Assembly (NCBI GenBank): GCA_963701965.1
Contig: OY969695.1
Span: 4,416,001-4,480,000, forward strand
From: an uncultured Gemmatimonadales bacterium
GTDB taxonomy: Bacteria; Gemmatimonadota; Gemmatimonadetes; Gemmatimonadales; Gemmatimonadaceae
Reading direction: 5' to 3'
DNA: 64,000 bases
Shown here: one piece after another, positions 51,635-62,729 of the stretch
Numbering within the stretch: position 1 is the stretch's first letter
Layout: each line of letters starts with the position of its first letter
The notes under the pieces: generated by a model
Seen by the model: only the letters and a program-made list of their open reading frames with translations
The model's database searches: none
What the model was told of the DNA's origin: nothing
Translations under genes and position numbers: made by a program

Positions 51635-53087
51635 TCATCCGCATCGCCGTGGCGCCGCCTCTGACGTCGAACACCAGACGACGCCAGACTTGATGACGGT
51701 CTTCCCGCCCAGCAGGTTCGTCGGTTGGTCGAGTGGACTGCGGTCGAACAGGATCAGATCGGCGCGTTTCCCGACCTCGACGGCGCCCGCGGCGGATGCT
51801 TGGCCGACCTCCTCGGCGCCATTGAGGGTCGCGATCGTGAAGACCGCGGTCATCGGGATCCCAGCGTCGTGTAGCAGCAGCATCTCGGAGAGGGCCGCCT
51901 TGCCCGGATCCGGGGTATCCGTGCCAAGGTTGAGCCGCACGCCGGCCGCATGGAACCGGCGCACGTAACTCGCCATGATCCGATACCCCTCGACCGCGCG
52001 ACGCCGCTGGGCGTCATCGAAGCCCGAGACGTTCTCGAACCGGGAACGGATTGCCGACTGAAAGTACGTGAGACCGAGACGCTGGGCCTCGAGATGCAGC
52101 GTCGGTGTCAAGCTCGCATGGAGCGCGCGAAACCGGTCGATCAAAGCGATGACGCAGGGGTTCTCCGGTCCCAGATAGCGCCAGTACGCGGGATCGATGA
52201 GAAAGCCGATGCCCGGTCGCGTCCACCACGGCGGATCTCCGTGGACGCCCATCAGGTCGGGAAGCTGACGTTCAACGGCATCGTTTTCCGCGGCGCTCAG
52301 GACGGAGGGGGGAATCGTGATGATGTGCTCGAATCGCCGGAGGCCCAGATCGAGCGCCTCACCGACGCTCACGGTCCCATCGCCAACGTGCCCATCGGGA
52401 TGCATCCCGAGCGCGAGCGCGGTCGCGAGCGCCCCGTCGAACGCCGGTCGCTCGAGGCGCCAATAGAGCTTGATGTCGCGAATGCCCAGCGAGTAGTACC
52501 GGCGGACCTGAGCGGCAGCCGCCGCGGAGTCGGCGAGCGCGATCTGAAACAGCGGAGGAACGCGACCTGGCTCCGGTGATATGAGCTGCGCGCCGACCGG
52601 ATAGAAATCCGGCGCGTCCGCGGAGCGCCGCATCCACGCCAGGAGCATCGGCATATCGCGCTCTTCACTGCCGGCGTCACGCACGCTGGTAACACCGTAG
52701 GGCAGGTAGGTCGCGGCGTATCGCCGCCGATACGCGGCGATCGAATCCGGAGCCATCACGAGAATGCGTGATGTAGCCGTTCGTCGGCGTCACCGAGTCG
52801 CCCAGAACCATCCCCGAGTGGCTGTGCACGTCGAACAAGCCGGGAGTCAAGACGCGTCCCGCACCCGCGATCGCGCGACGGGCGATGATCCCGCTATCCG
52901 TTCCGGCCGGGAGAATCGCCCCAATCACTCCGTCGGCGATCAGCACCGTGCGGTGCGGCAGCAGTCGTCCGGACCGGACATCGAGAACGGTCACGTCGCG
53001 GATCGCGAGATCGACCCGCCGTGTCGGTCCCGGCTGCGCGGCGATCACCGCGCAGAGCACGATCGCTCTTAGGACGCGACCTATCAT
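51635..53087 (-). CDS. Secreted metal-dependent amidohydrolase; frameshift near 52763
   Basis: PGLFDVHSH in the upstream frame; YGVTSVRDAG, IKLY, GHV, FEH, LGTD, GKRADLILFD in the downstream frame. Confidence 0.85.
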
Positions 53088-53148
53088 AGCAACCGACGGT
53101 GACACGAAGTACCGCGATTGGCAAGACGCGAACGAAGATCCGGGATGC

Positions 53149-53187
53149 AAAAATCGCGGTCGAGCCCACCATGGGGCTCGACCGCGA
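53149..53187 (-). terminator. Rho-independent terminator after groEL
   Basis: 14-bp stem TCGCGGTCGAGCCC/GGGCTCGACCGCGA followed by TTTTT on the minus strand. Confidence 0.8.
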
Positions 53188-53210
53188 CGCGGAGCAGAAC
53201 GTTCAGCCGG

Positions 53211-55286
<2,076 letters not shown>

Positions 55287-55329
55287 TGAGGGGTCAGATC
55301 GCCCCATCGGCCCTCGTCAGGAGCGTTTT

Positions 55330-55617
55330 ATGGAAGCCCCTCTGCGCGAAATCACGTTCAGCCAGACACACCGACGCACGCACAAGCGTCGGAGCGTCGT
55401 CGTGTCCCAGTTCGATGATGCGCAGCCGCACGTGCTGCCCGCCGGCCTGGCGTGGCACTACACGGTGCAGACTGGCAGTGACGGACCGTGGTCGGCTTCG
55501 TATCGCGTCAAGATCGCGCTCGATGCGTCGGATGATGATGTGATCCGGACGGTGGTCCGCGATCTCGCGAGCCTGGGCTGGGACCGCGATCCGGCCGTTG
55601 CGTCGGTCGCCCAGTGA
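55330..55617 (+). CDS. Hypothetical protein (95 aa)
   Basis: ORF with an AGGAG ribosome-binding site downstream of a good promoter; stop overlaps the next start. Confidence 0.6.
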   Translation: MEAPLREITFSQTHRRTHKRRSVVVSQFDDAQPHVLPAGLAWHYTVQTGSDGPWSASYRVKIALDASDDDVIRTVVRDLASLGWDRDPAVASVAQ

Positions 55618-55880
55618 CGCCTGTTCGGGAGTTCGACTTCGAGGAAGACGCGCGCCGGTATACGTGCCGCATCGAGCGTCGGAACGCGATGGCGGAAGCG
55701 TGGTGGTGGTTTGGGGTGTCAGGCGATAAGCAGCGGTATGCGCCGTTTCGGGCGGTCGCTGGCGATACGCAATACGCGATTCAGTCGCGGATCTCGCTGT
55801 ACTACCGCGAGCTCATGGCCCGCCGCGCGATGCCGGCGGTCCCGTGGCACCGGCGCGGTCGGCCGGCTAGTCAGACCTAG
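55614..55880 (+). CDS. Hypothetical protein with an AWWWF...QRYAPFRA motif (paralog of 59796-60161)
   Basis: Clear end-to-end similarity to the 59796 ORF. Confidence 0.75.
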   Translation: MTPVREFDFEEDARRYTCRIERRNAMAEAWWWFGVSGDKQRYAPFRAVAGDTQYAIQSRISLYYRELMARRAMPAVPWHRRGRPASQT

Positions 55881-55890
55881 TTCGGCCGAG

Positions 55891-56880
55891 TCAGGGGGTC
55901 AGGTGGATCATGTCTGACACCGATTGGCCGGCGACACGGAGCGCCAGTCGCAAGTCGGTGAGGTTCTCGATCACTTTGACCCCCGCTCCTCTCAGCTCCG
56001 AGGCGATCGTGAGCGCGCCGGCTCCGCCGACGAGCAGCGGCACACGGGCCGCGAGTTGGACACGCAACGCCCGTAGTTCCTGAATCAACTGGTCGTGGCC
56101 GCCCGTGCCCGGCACGGTGACGCTCACCGCCCGGGCCGACGTGCTGGCGGCGGCCACGGCAATCTCGCTCACGGGTACGCCCGGCCCGAGATACGTCACC
56201 CGCCAGCTTTCAATGGCGGCCACCGCGGTCGCCATCACGGCCTCGATCTCGTGGCGGTCGCCCACGGGCGTCGCCACGAGCAAGTTCGGGGCGTCGCCCG
56301 AGACGATGAGGATGGGCACGATCCCTTCGATGACCCGGCGCAGGGCGACGAGCGCCAGGTGCTCGGCGCCCGGGGCGAGCTGCCCGGCGTCGCGTTCGTC
56401 GCCGATCTGGCGCAGCAGCGGTGTGGCCACGCTCTCGAGGAAGGTGCCCGCGCCAACCAGGGCGGCGGATCGCCTCAGCACGCGTTCCAGTCCGGACGCG
56501 TCGAGCGCACGCGCGCGGGCGCGCGCCGCGGCGACGTCATCGGCGGTCGCACCAGTCAGGCGCGCGCCCCGCGCTCCACCGTCGGTGTCGAGTCGCCGGC
56601 GCGCTTCCTCATCATCGCGCACCAGGCGCGTCAATTCCTTCGTGGGCAGCCTGGCAACCTGTGAAATACCGCGGCCGGCGGCAGTCGCCAACGCCATGAG
56701 CCGCAGGCGCTCGATGTCGGCGTCAGAGTACAGCCGCCGGCCACCCTCGGCCCGCACGGGCTCGATGGCGCGATAGCGCCGCTCCCAGACTCGAAGCACA
56801 TGCGGTGTCAGGCCGGTCCGCTCCGCGGCCACACCAATGGGATGATGATCGAGCTCCAGATCTCCATCGCTGTCTATCAT
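55891..56880 (-). CDS. MerR-family regulator with a cobalamin-binding-like domain (CarH/LitR-like)
   Basis: HPIGVAAERTGLTPHVLRVWERRY...RRLYSDADIERL; AEH and DRHEIE motifs; Rossmann segment YLGPGVP...LVGGAG. Confidence 0.88.
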   Translation of the reverse strand: MIDSDGDLELDHHPIGVAAERTGLTPHVLRVWERRYRAIEPVRAEGGRRLYSDADIERLRLMALATAAGRGISQVARLPTKELTRLVRDDEEARRRLDTDGGARGARLTGATADDVAAARARARALDASGLERVLRRSAALVGAGTFLESVATPLLRQIGDERDAGQLAPGAEHLALVALRRVIEGIVPILIVSGDAPNLLVATPVGDRHEIEAVMATAVAAIESWRVTYLGPGVPVSEIAVAAASTSARAVSVTVPGTGGHDQLIQELRALRVQLAARVPLLVGGAGALTIASELRGAGVKVIENLTDLRLALRVAGQSVSDMIHLTP

Positions 56881-56916
56881 GTGTCAATGGTATAACATTG
56901 ACATAGGCTAGTCAAC
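56871..56916 (-). promoter_or_regulatory. Probable leaderless promoter and autoregulatory operator of the CarH-like gene
   Basis: Minus strand TTGACT-N17-TACCAT-N6-ATG; 11-bp-spaced TTGACA/TAGACA repeats; 23/33 identity to 55231-55263. Confidence 0.6.
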
Positions 56917-56957
56917 GCGGTATGCAGAGCGGCTAGTCGCGCCAATGCGCTACCCGA

Positions 56958-57641
56958 TCAGGGCGCCTCCGTGGGAGCCGCCGTTCCGTCCGACCAACTG
57001 GAGACCGAGATGACGAACGTGGTAATGGGATCGGGGGAGTCTTGGTGTATGTACACCGGAGATCCCGGGAGCCCGGCGCCCCACTCCATATGGTCCTTTT
57101 CCGGGAACCAGAACATCACATGCGGATCCGCATTGCCGTGGGCGCGACCGAAGTACTGCTGCTTGGAGAGCATGTAGCACATGGAGCCGGGATCCGGGAG
57201 CGGCAACGCCTTCGTGTCGTACGCCGTCTCGAGACTATCGAACATCTGCTGCTTGGAGAGGCCCGCGAATGCCAATGCGGTCGCCCGGATCGTCAGCGGC
57301 AGATGCGATCGCGCCGCCGGAGGATTGAGGCAGAGGGGTAGCCGCACCTTCGTGTGGAGAAACTCGGGGTCGTCGAAAGGGAGCATCCACGATCGTTCCA
57401 CGACACAGGCGAAGCCGTTCGTACCTTTGACCGCCGTCTCATAGCCCCGGGATCCGAGGACCAGGACATCCGCGTTCCGCGAGATGGACGGTGGGGCGGC
57501 GCTCCGCGCCAGGGCAATCTCCGCGTTGCGCTCCATCAGGTACTGATCGCGCGGAGCCGCGTGCGCCAGCAGCGGCTCGGAGCGCTGGGCCCGCGCCGCT
57601 CCTGCGGCCGCCAACACCAACGCCAACGTGAGGGTTCGCAT
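56958..57641 (-). CDS. Secreted conserved hypothetical protein
   Basis: Signal peptide; EIALARSAAPPSIS...YETAVKGTNGFACVVERSW...MCYMLSKQQY...PHVMF. Confidence 0.8.
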   Translation of the reverse strand: MRTLTLALVLAAAGAARAQRSEPLLAHAAPRDQYLMERNAEIALARSAAPPSISRNADVLVLGSRGYETAVKGTNGFACVVERSWMLPFDDPEFLHTKVRLPLCLNPPAARSHLPLTIRATALAFAGLSKQQMFDSLETAYDTKALPLPDPGSMCYMLSKQQYFGRAHGNADPHVMFWFPEKDHMEWGAGLPGSPVYIHQDSPDPITTFVISVSSWSDGTAAPTEAP

Positions 57642-57694
57642 GGCGATTCTCCTGACCGTATGCCGGGTTGTTTGGGGTTCGCGCTCGACGACGC

Positions 57695-57718
57695 TTGCAG
57701 TATGCAACCGGTTGCATA
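57695..57718. promoter_or_regulatory. Putative HxlR operator
   Basis: TTGCA-N4-GCAA (TTGCAGTATGCAA) plus a perfect 18-bp palindrome TATGCAACCGGTTGCATA; related site at 58314-58326. Confidence 0.55.
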
Positions 57719-57770
57719 GTGAGGCAAGAGGCAACGCCCAAGGGTCGAGTGTTTGGCCTGCGGGCCCGAG

Positions 57771-58289
57771 TCAGCGCCGACGTGCCGCGCGCTGACTGGC
57801 GACCGTCTTCTCGTACGCGGCTTGGAGCTCGGCGAAAACCGAACGTCGTGGCGCGGGCGCGCCAAGATGGATGCCGCGCAGCTCGACCATGAAGGCGTCC
57901 CACATGCGTGGTCCGCCCTCCTCGAGGAGTTGCGCCCGTATCGCCAGTGCCTCGCTGACCGGCGCGTGTCGTCGTCCCCACGCGCCCATGTGGGCCAAGA
58001 GCGGCACAAGCTGAATGGCCGGCTCCGTCAAGCTGTAAATCGCCCTCTGCTTGTGCGCGGGATCGTCGCGCCGCGACAGGAGCCGGGCGGCCCCGAGGCG
58101 CTTGAGCCGATCGGCCAGGATATTGGACGCAATCCCTTCTTCTGATTGCGTGAGCAGCTCGCGGTAGTGCCGGCGATTGCCGAACATGATGTCGCGAATG
58201 ACGATCAAGCTCCAGCGGTCGCCCAGAATCTCGAGCGTGAGATTGATCGGACACCCGGAGCGACCCGCAAAAACGCCTTTATGTTCCAT
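57771..58289 (-). CDS. HxlR-family winged-helix transcriptional regulator
   Basis: RSGCPINLTLEILGDRWSLIVIRDIMFG...EGIASNILADRLKRL...YSLTE. Confidence 0.92.
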   Translation of the reverse strand: MEHKGVFAGRSGCPINLTLEILGDRWSLIVIRDIMFGNRRHYRELLTQSEEGIASNILADRLKRLGAARLLSRRDDPAHKQRAIYSLTEPAIQLVPLLAHMGAWGRRHAPVSEALAIRAQLLEEGGPRMWDAFMVELRGIHLGAPAPRRSVFAELQAAYEKTVASQRAARRR

Positions 58290-58410
58290 CCAGCGGAAGA
58301 TTATCCATACCAGTTGCAACCCGCAATCGGTATGATAGCGTGCGGCCGCCACCATCAGACTCGGAGCCGCCCGGTTCGCCGCACGGTATGCACGTCTTGT
58401 CGCTTCGCGC

Positions 58411-59655
58411 GTGCGCCGCGGTCACTGGCTCCGTATGCTAGGCGCCATGACGACCCTGGCGATGCCGGAGACGGAACGCCACGGAGCGAATACCGGGCCG
58501 ATCGCGTCGACGCGCCAACGCCTCGACTCGGTCGATCTCCTCCGTGGCCTGATGATGATAGTCATGGCGCTGGATCACACGCGCGATTTCTTCGGGATGG
58601 CCGTCGACCCTACCGATATCGCGCACACGACGGTCCCGCTCTTCTTGACGCGTTGGGTCACGCATTTCTGCGCGCCAGTGTTCTTTCTGCTCACCGGGGT
58701 CGGCGCCGCGCTCTCGCTCCGTCGCCAATCCAAACGCGAGCTGTCGCGATTTCTGCTCACGCGTGGTCTGTGGTTGATCGTCCTCGAGCTCACGCTGTTC
58801 CGGTGCCTCGGGTTCCAGTTCAACTTCGACTACCAGATGACGTTGCTGAACGTGCTGTGGCCACTCGGCTGGTCGATGGTCCTGCTGTCGGCCCTCGTCT
58901 ATCTCCCGACCTCAGCGGTCACGGCCATCGGTCTCGTGATGATCGCCGGCCACAATGCGCTCGACTCGATCCACTCGTCGAATCCGCTGTGGACCCTGTT
59001 GCACTCCCCGGGTTTTCTCATCAAGACGCCCCACCACGCGGTGTTCGTCCTCTACGTGCTGATTCCCTGGGTCGGTGTCACCGCTGTGGGCTACGGTCTG
59101 GGCCACGTGTTCGCGTGGCCGGCGCCCCGGCGGCGATCCTTTCTTCTGGGCGCCGGTCTCTCCCTGACGGCCGCCTTCGTCGTCCTCCGGGTAATCCAGC
59201 AGTATGGCGATCCGTCACCGTGGACACCGCAGCCATCGGCGGCCTTCACGCTGCTCTCGTTCCTGAACACCAACAAATACCCACCGTCGCTGCTCTACCT
59301 GCTGATGACCCTCGGCCCCGCGCTCGTGCTTCTGTGGGCCTTCGACGGCCGCACGCCCCGTGTGTTGCGCCCCGCGCTGACCTTCGGCCGGGTCCCATTG
59401 TTCTATTATCTGCTGCACGTGCCGCTGATTCATCTCCTGGCCATCCTCGCGTGCTACGCGCGGTACGGCCAGGTGCACTGGATGTTCGAGGCCAGCACCG
59501 ACAATTATCCCATCGCCACGCCGCCGGGCTGGGGATACTCTCTGCCGATCATCTACGCGATCTGGGCGTTGGTCATCGCGGCGCTCTATCCGCTGTGCCG
59601 GTGGTTCGCCGGAGTGAAGCAACGCCGCAACGACCCTTGGCTCAGCTATCTCTGA
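58411..59655 (+). CDS. DUF1624/HGSNAT-like membrane acyltransferase-family protein (start uncertain)
   Basis: RLDSVDLLRGLMMIVMALDHTRDFF...TRWVTHFCAPVF...KYPPSLLYLLMTLGP. Confidence 0.88.
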   Translation: MRRGHWLRMLGAMTTLAMPETERHGANTGPIASTRQRLDSVDLLRGLMMIVMALDHTRDFFGMAVDPTDIAHTTVPLFLTRWVTHFCAPVFFLLTGVGAALSLRRQSKRELSRFLLTRGLWLIVLELTLFRCLGFQFNFDYQMTLLNVLWPLGWSMVLLSALVYLPTSAVTAIGLVMIAGHNALDSIHSSNPLWTLLHSPGFLIKTPHHAVFVLYVLIPWVGVTAVGYGLGHVFAWPAPRRRSFLLGAGLSLTAAFVVLRVIQQYGDPSPWTPQPSAAFTLLSFLNTNKYPPSLLYLLMTLGPALVLLWAFDGRTPRVLRPALTFGRVPLFYYLLHVPLIHLLAILACYARYGQVHWMFEASTDNYPIATPPGWGYSLPIIYAIWALVIAALYPLCRWFAGVKQRRNDPWLSYL

Positions 59656-59795
59656 GCGGGCGCGGTACGGCGTGATCGAAGGCGCGGCCGCGCACGTTGG
59701 CGCCGCCGCGGCGCAATGAACGTGCGGCGAGTTGGCGGATCGGGCGACATCAGGCGATATTTCTGGGGCAAGTCTCACCCAGGCAGAGGATCGCG

Positions 59796-60161
59796 ATGCT
59801 CGTTCGAGAGCTTGATTTCGAGGAAGGCGGCCGCAAGTACACCTGTCGTCTGGAGAAGGGACGGGCCGGGCGGCCTGAAGCCTGGTGGTGGTTTGGGGTG
59901 TCGGGCGATGCGCAGCGCTATGCGCCGTTCCGGGCCGAGACGAGTGATACGAAGGATGCGATTCGCTTGCGCATCACGGCATACTACGGCGACCTCCTGG
60001 CGCGCCGCGCCATGCCCGCCGTGCCGCGCTACCAGCGCGGTCCTCGCCCCGCGAGCCCCGCGCCGCTCAACGGCGCCAGCGTGGTCGAGGCGCCCAGTGG
60101 CGACGTGATCGCCGAGGTTGGCGAAGAGGGCGTCGTCGAGACGGGCTCCGGCCAGGACTGA
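59796..60161 (+). CDS. Hypothetical protein with an AWWWF...QRYAPFRA motif and an acidic tail (paralog of 55614-55880)
   Basis: VRELDFEEGGRKYTCR...AWWWFGVSGDAQRYAPFRA...YYGDLLARRAMPAVP. Confidence 0.75.
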   Translation: MLVRELDFEEGGRKYTCRLEKGRAGRPEAWWWFGVSGDAQRYAPFRAETSDTKDAIRLRITAYYGDLLARRAMPAVPRYQRGPRPASPAPLNGASVVEAPSGDVIAEVGEEGVVETGSGQD

Positions 60162-60185
60162 GCCCCACGCCGGCTCCATACTAGC

Positions 60186-60602
60186 ATGGTGTCGGCGCTT
60201 TTCGTCGCGTTCTGCCTCGGCCTCGTGGCCGGGCTCCGGTCGCTCATGGCGCCCGCGGTCTTGCTGCTCGCCCGCCACGTCCGGGTGGCGGGCGCCATCC
60301 TCGCCGTGCTCGCCGCGGCTGAGCTGATCGCCGATACGTCGCCCATGACGCCGGCGCGTACCGCGCCCGGGCCGTTGGTCGCGCGCATCTTGAGCGGCGC
60401 GTTCTGCGGCTGGTTCGTGGTCTCGGGATCGATCGGCATCCAAGTCGCGGGCGTCGTCGCCGGCGTGCTCGGCGCCCTCGTCGGCACGTATGGCGGTTAC
60501 GTCGCCCGCCTCGCCGCGATCGAACGGATCGGTGCCATCCCCGCGGCGCTGGCCGAGGATATCGTCGCGATCGGTCTCGCGCTGTTTGCCGTGACGCACT
60601 GA
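60186..60602 (+). CDS. DUF4126-like small membrane protein
   Basis: GLVAGLRSLMAPA...ELIADTSPMTPART...AALAEDIVAI. Confidence 0.8.
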   Translation: MVSALFVAFCLGLVAGLRSLMAPAVLLLARHVRVAGAILAVLAAAELIADTSPMTPARTAPGPLVARILSGAFCGWFVVSGSIGIQVAGVVAGVLGALVGTYGGYVARLAAIERIGAIPAALAEDIVAIGLALFAVTH

Positions 60603-60617
60603 CCGTCAAATAGGATC

Positions 60618-62729
60618 ATGACGCCACTGGCTTTGCTGGTCGCGTTTGCGATGCTCACGGCGCCCGACTCGGACCTCGCGCGCTCCGTCACGATCTACCG
60701 CGATGCCTGGGGCGTGCCGCACGTCTTCGGCGCGACCAACGCCAGCACGGCGTTCGGACTTGGGTACGCGCAGGCCGAAGACAATTTTCTCCGCATCGAA
60801 GCGAACTATATCGCGGCCCTGGGCCGGAACGCCGAGGTGTTCGGGGAGCCATACGTCGAGGAAGATCGCCTCACGCGGACGCTCGACATCCCCGCGCTGG
60901 CGCGCGCGGAATACGGTCGATTGGATGCGGAGATGCGCGCGATCTGCGACGGATTCGCGGCTGGCGTGAACTACTATCTGGCGCGCCATCCCGAAACCCA
61001 CCCGCGGCTCCTGGCCCACGTCGAGCCGTGGTACGCGCTCGCGTTTATACGGTACAACTACTACGTGGCCGGATTCGTGCGCGACCGGAAGTTGGGCGTG
61101 CCATTCCCGATCGCCGCGGGCTATTTCGATCATTTCACGCCGACGGCCAACGGATCGAACGGCTGGGTGATCGGACCGTCCAAGAGCGCGACGGGTCACG
61201 CGATGTTGCTCATCAACCCGCATCTGCCGTACTTCGGCATCGGGCAGGTGTACGAGGCGCACATCCATAGTGACGCCGGATGGGAATTCACCGGCTACAC
61301 CCGGTTCGGATTTCCACTCCTCTACGTCGGACATAACGCCGACGTCGGTTGGGTGAGCACGGACAACGCCGCGGACGTCGACAATGGGTATGTGGAACAC
61401 TTCAACGATCCCGTCCATCCGCTGGCCTACCGGTACGGCACGGGCTATCGCACGGCCACACTGCGCACCGAGGAAATCCGGGTGCGCACCGCGAGCGGTA
61501 TGGCCGTGCGCTCGATCCGCGTGCTCACGACCCACCACGGACCCGTCGTCGCGTCCCTCAACGGCAACCCGGTCGCCGTTCGCCTGGCCAAGCTCGACGC
61601 CGATGGCTGGCTGCGCGAGTGGTACGACATGTCACGCGCGCACTCGGTCGCTGAGCTCAAGCGCGCCATGGCGCCGCTCAACATGCTGTTCGGGAACGTG
61701 ATGGCGGCCGATCGCGGCGGGAATACGTGGTACCTCTATAACGGTGCGGTGCCGCAGCGCGACACCCAGTTCGACTGGACGCATCCGGTCGATGGCAGCG
61801 ACCCGCGGACGGAATGGCACGGCTTTCATCCCATCGACGCGTTGCCCCAGCTCACGAATCCCGCGACCGGTTGGATGCAGAACTGCAACTCCGCGCCATT
61901 TCTCCTGACCAGCGCGGGAAACCCCGACCCGGCGCGGTTTCCGTCCTACATGGTGCGCGAGGGTCCATCGGGGGACAACCCGCGCGCCCACGTCTCGCGC
62001 GTAATCCTCGGCTCCACGGCGCGCTTCACGTTCGACGAATGGGAACGCGCCGCCTTCGATGCCCACGTCATCACGGCGGACAGTCTCGTCCCGCTCTTGA
62101 TCGCCGATGTCCGGCGCGCTGGTGACGCGCGGTTGGACAGCGCGGTCGCGCTGCTCCAGGGTTGGGATCATCGGGCCACGACGACGTCGGTCGCCATGAC
62201 GATCTACAGCACGTGGCACCAGCTCGCGCGAACCAGCGCGCCGGCCGCCGCCCTCGGCGCCGCGCTCGACACGCTGTCGCGTGCGTTCGGGCACTGGGCA
62301 GTCGCGTGGGGCGATGCGAACCGGCTTGCCCGTCCCGACGACCGCGAGGCGCCGCCGTTCGACGGTCCGCCGTTCAGCGACACCACGTCCAGCATCGCCG
62401 TCCCCGGCGCCAACGGGTACGACGGCGTCGTGCTCACCATCAACCCGGCCGGCCGTGGCGCCCGCCACTATGCCGTCCACGGCGCCACCTACGTGTCCGT
62501 CGTCGAATTCGGCCCGACGGTGCGCGCCGAGTCCGTGCACATCTTCGGCGCCAGCGGCGATCCCCGGAGCCCGCACTACTTCGACCAGGCCGCGATGATC
62601 GCCCGCGGCGAGATGAAACCCGTGTGGTTCACCCGGGCCGAGGTCGAGGCGCATGCCGCGGCTCGATATCATCCCGGAGCGGAACGCTCGGCCGCGACGC
62701 CCGGACCGCCCACTCCGCCGACACGGTAA
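60618..62729 (+). CDS. Penicillin acylase family Ntn-hydrolase (peptidase S45)
   Basis: IYRDAWGVPHV, GYAQAED, autocatalytic site GSNGW, NPHLP, QNCN, SPHYFDQA. Confidence 0.93.
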   Translation: MTPLALLVAFAMLTAPDSDLARSVTIYRDAWGVPHVFGATNASTAFGLGYAQAEDNFLRIEANYIAALGRNAEVFGEPYVEEDRLTRTLDIPALARAEYGRLDAEMRAICDGFAAGVNYYLARHPETHPRLLAHVEPWYALAFIRYNYYVAGFVRDRKLGVPFPIAAGYFDHFTPTANGSNGWVIGPSKSATGHAMLLINPHLPYFGIGQVYEAHIHSDAGWEFTGYTRFGFPLLYVGHNADVGWVSTDNAADVDNGYVEHFNDPVHPLAYRYGTGYRTATLRTEEIRVRTASGMAVRSIRVLTTHHGPVVASLNGNPVAVRLAKLDADGWLREWYDMSRAHSVAELKRAMAPLNMLFGNVMAADRGGNTWYLYNGAVPQRDTQFDWTHPVDGSDPRTEWHGFHPIDALPQLTNPATGWMQNCNSAPFLLTSAGNPDPARFPSYMVREGPSGDNPRAHVSRVILGSTARFTFDEWERAAFDAHVITADSLVPLLIADVRRAGDARLDSAVALLQGWDHRATTTSVAMTIYSTWHQLARTSAPAAALGAALDTLSRAFGHWAVAWGDANRLARPDDREAPPFDGPPFSDTTSSIAVPGANGYDGVVLTINPAGRGARHYAVHGATYVSVVEFGPTVRAESVHIFGASGDPRSPHYFDQAAMIARGEMKPVWFTRAEVEAHAAARYHPGAERSAATPGPPTPPTR

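Noticed and set aside
62629..62729. Meaningful 100-bp overlap between the acylase and the PhnE-like gene
   Set aside because: Both overlapping tails are low-complexity extensions typical of convergent genes in GC-rich DNA.
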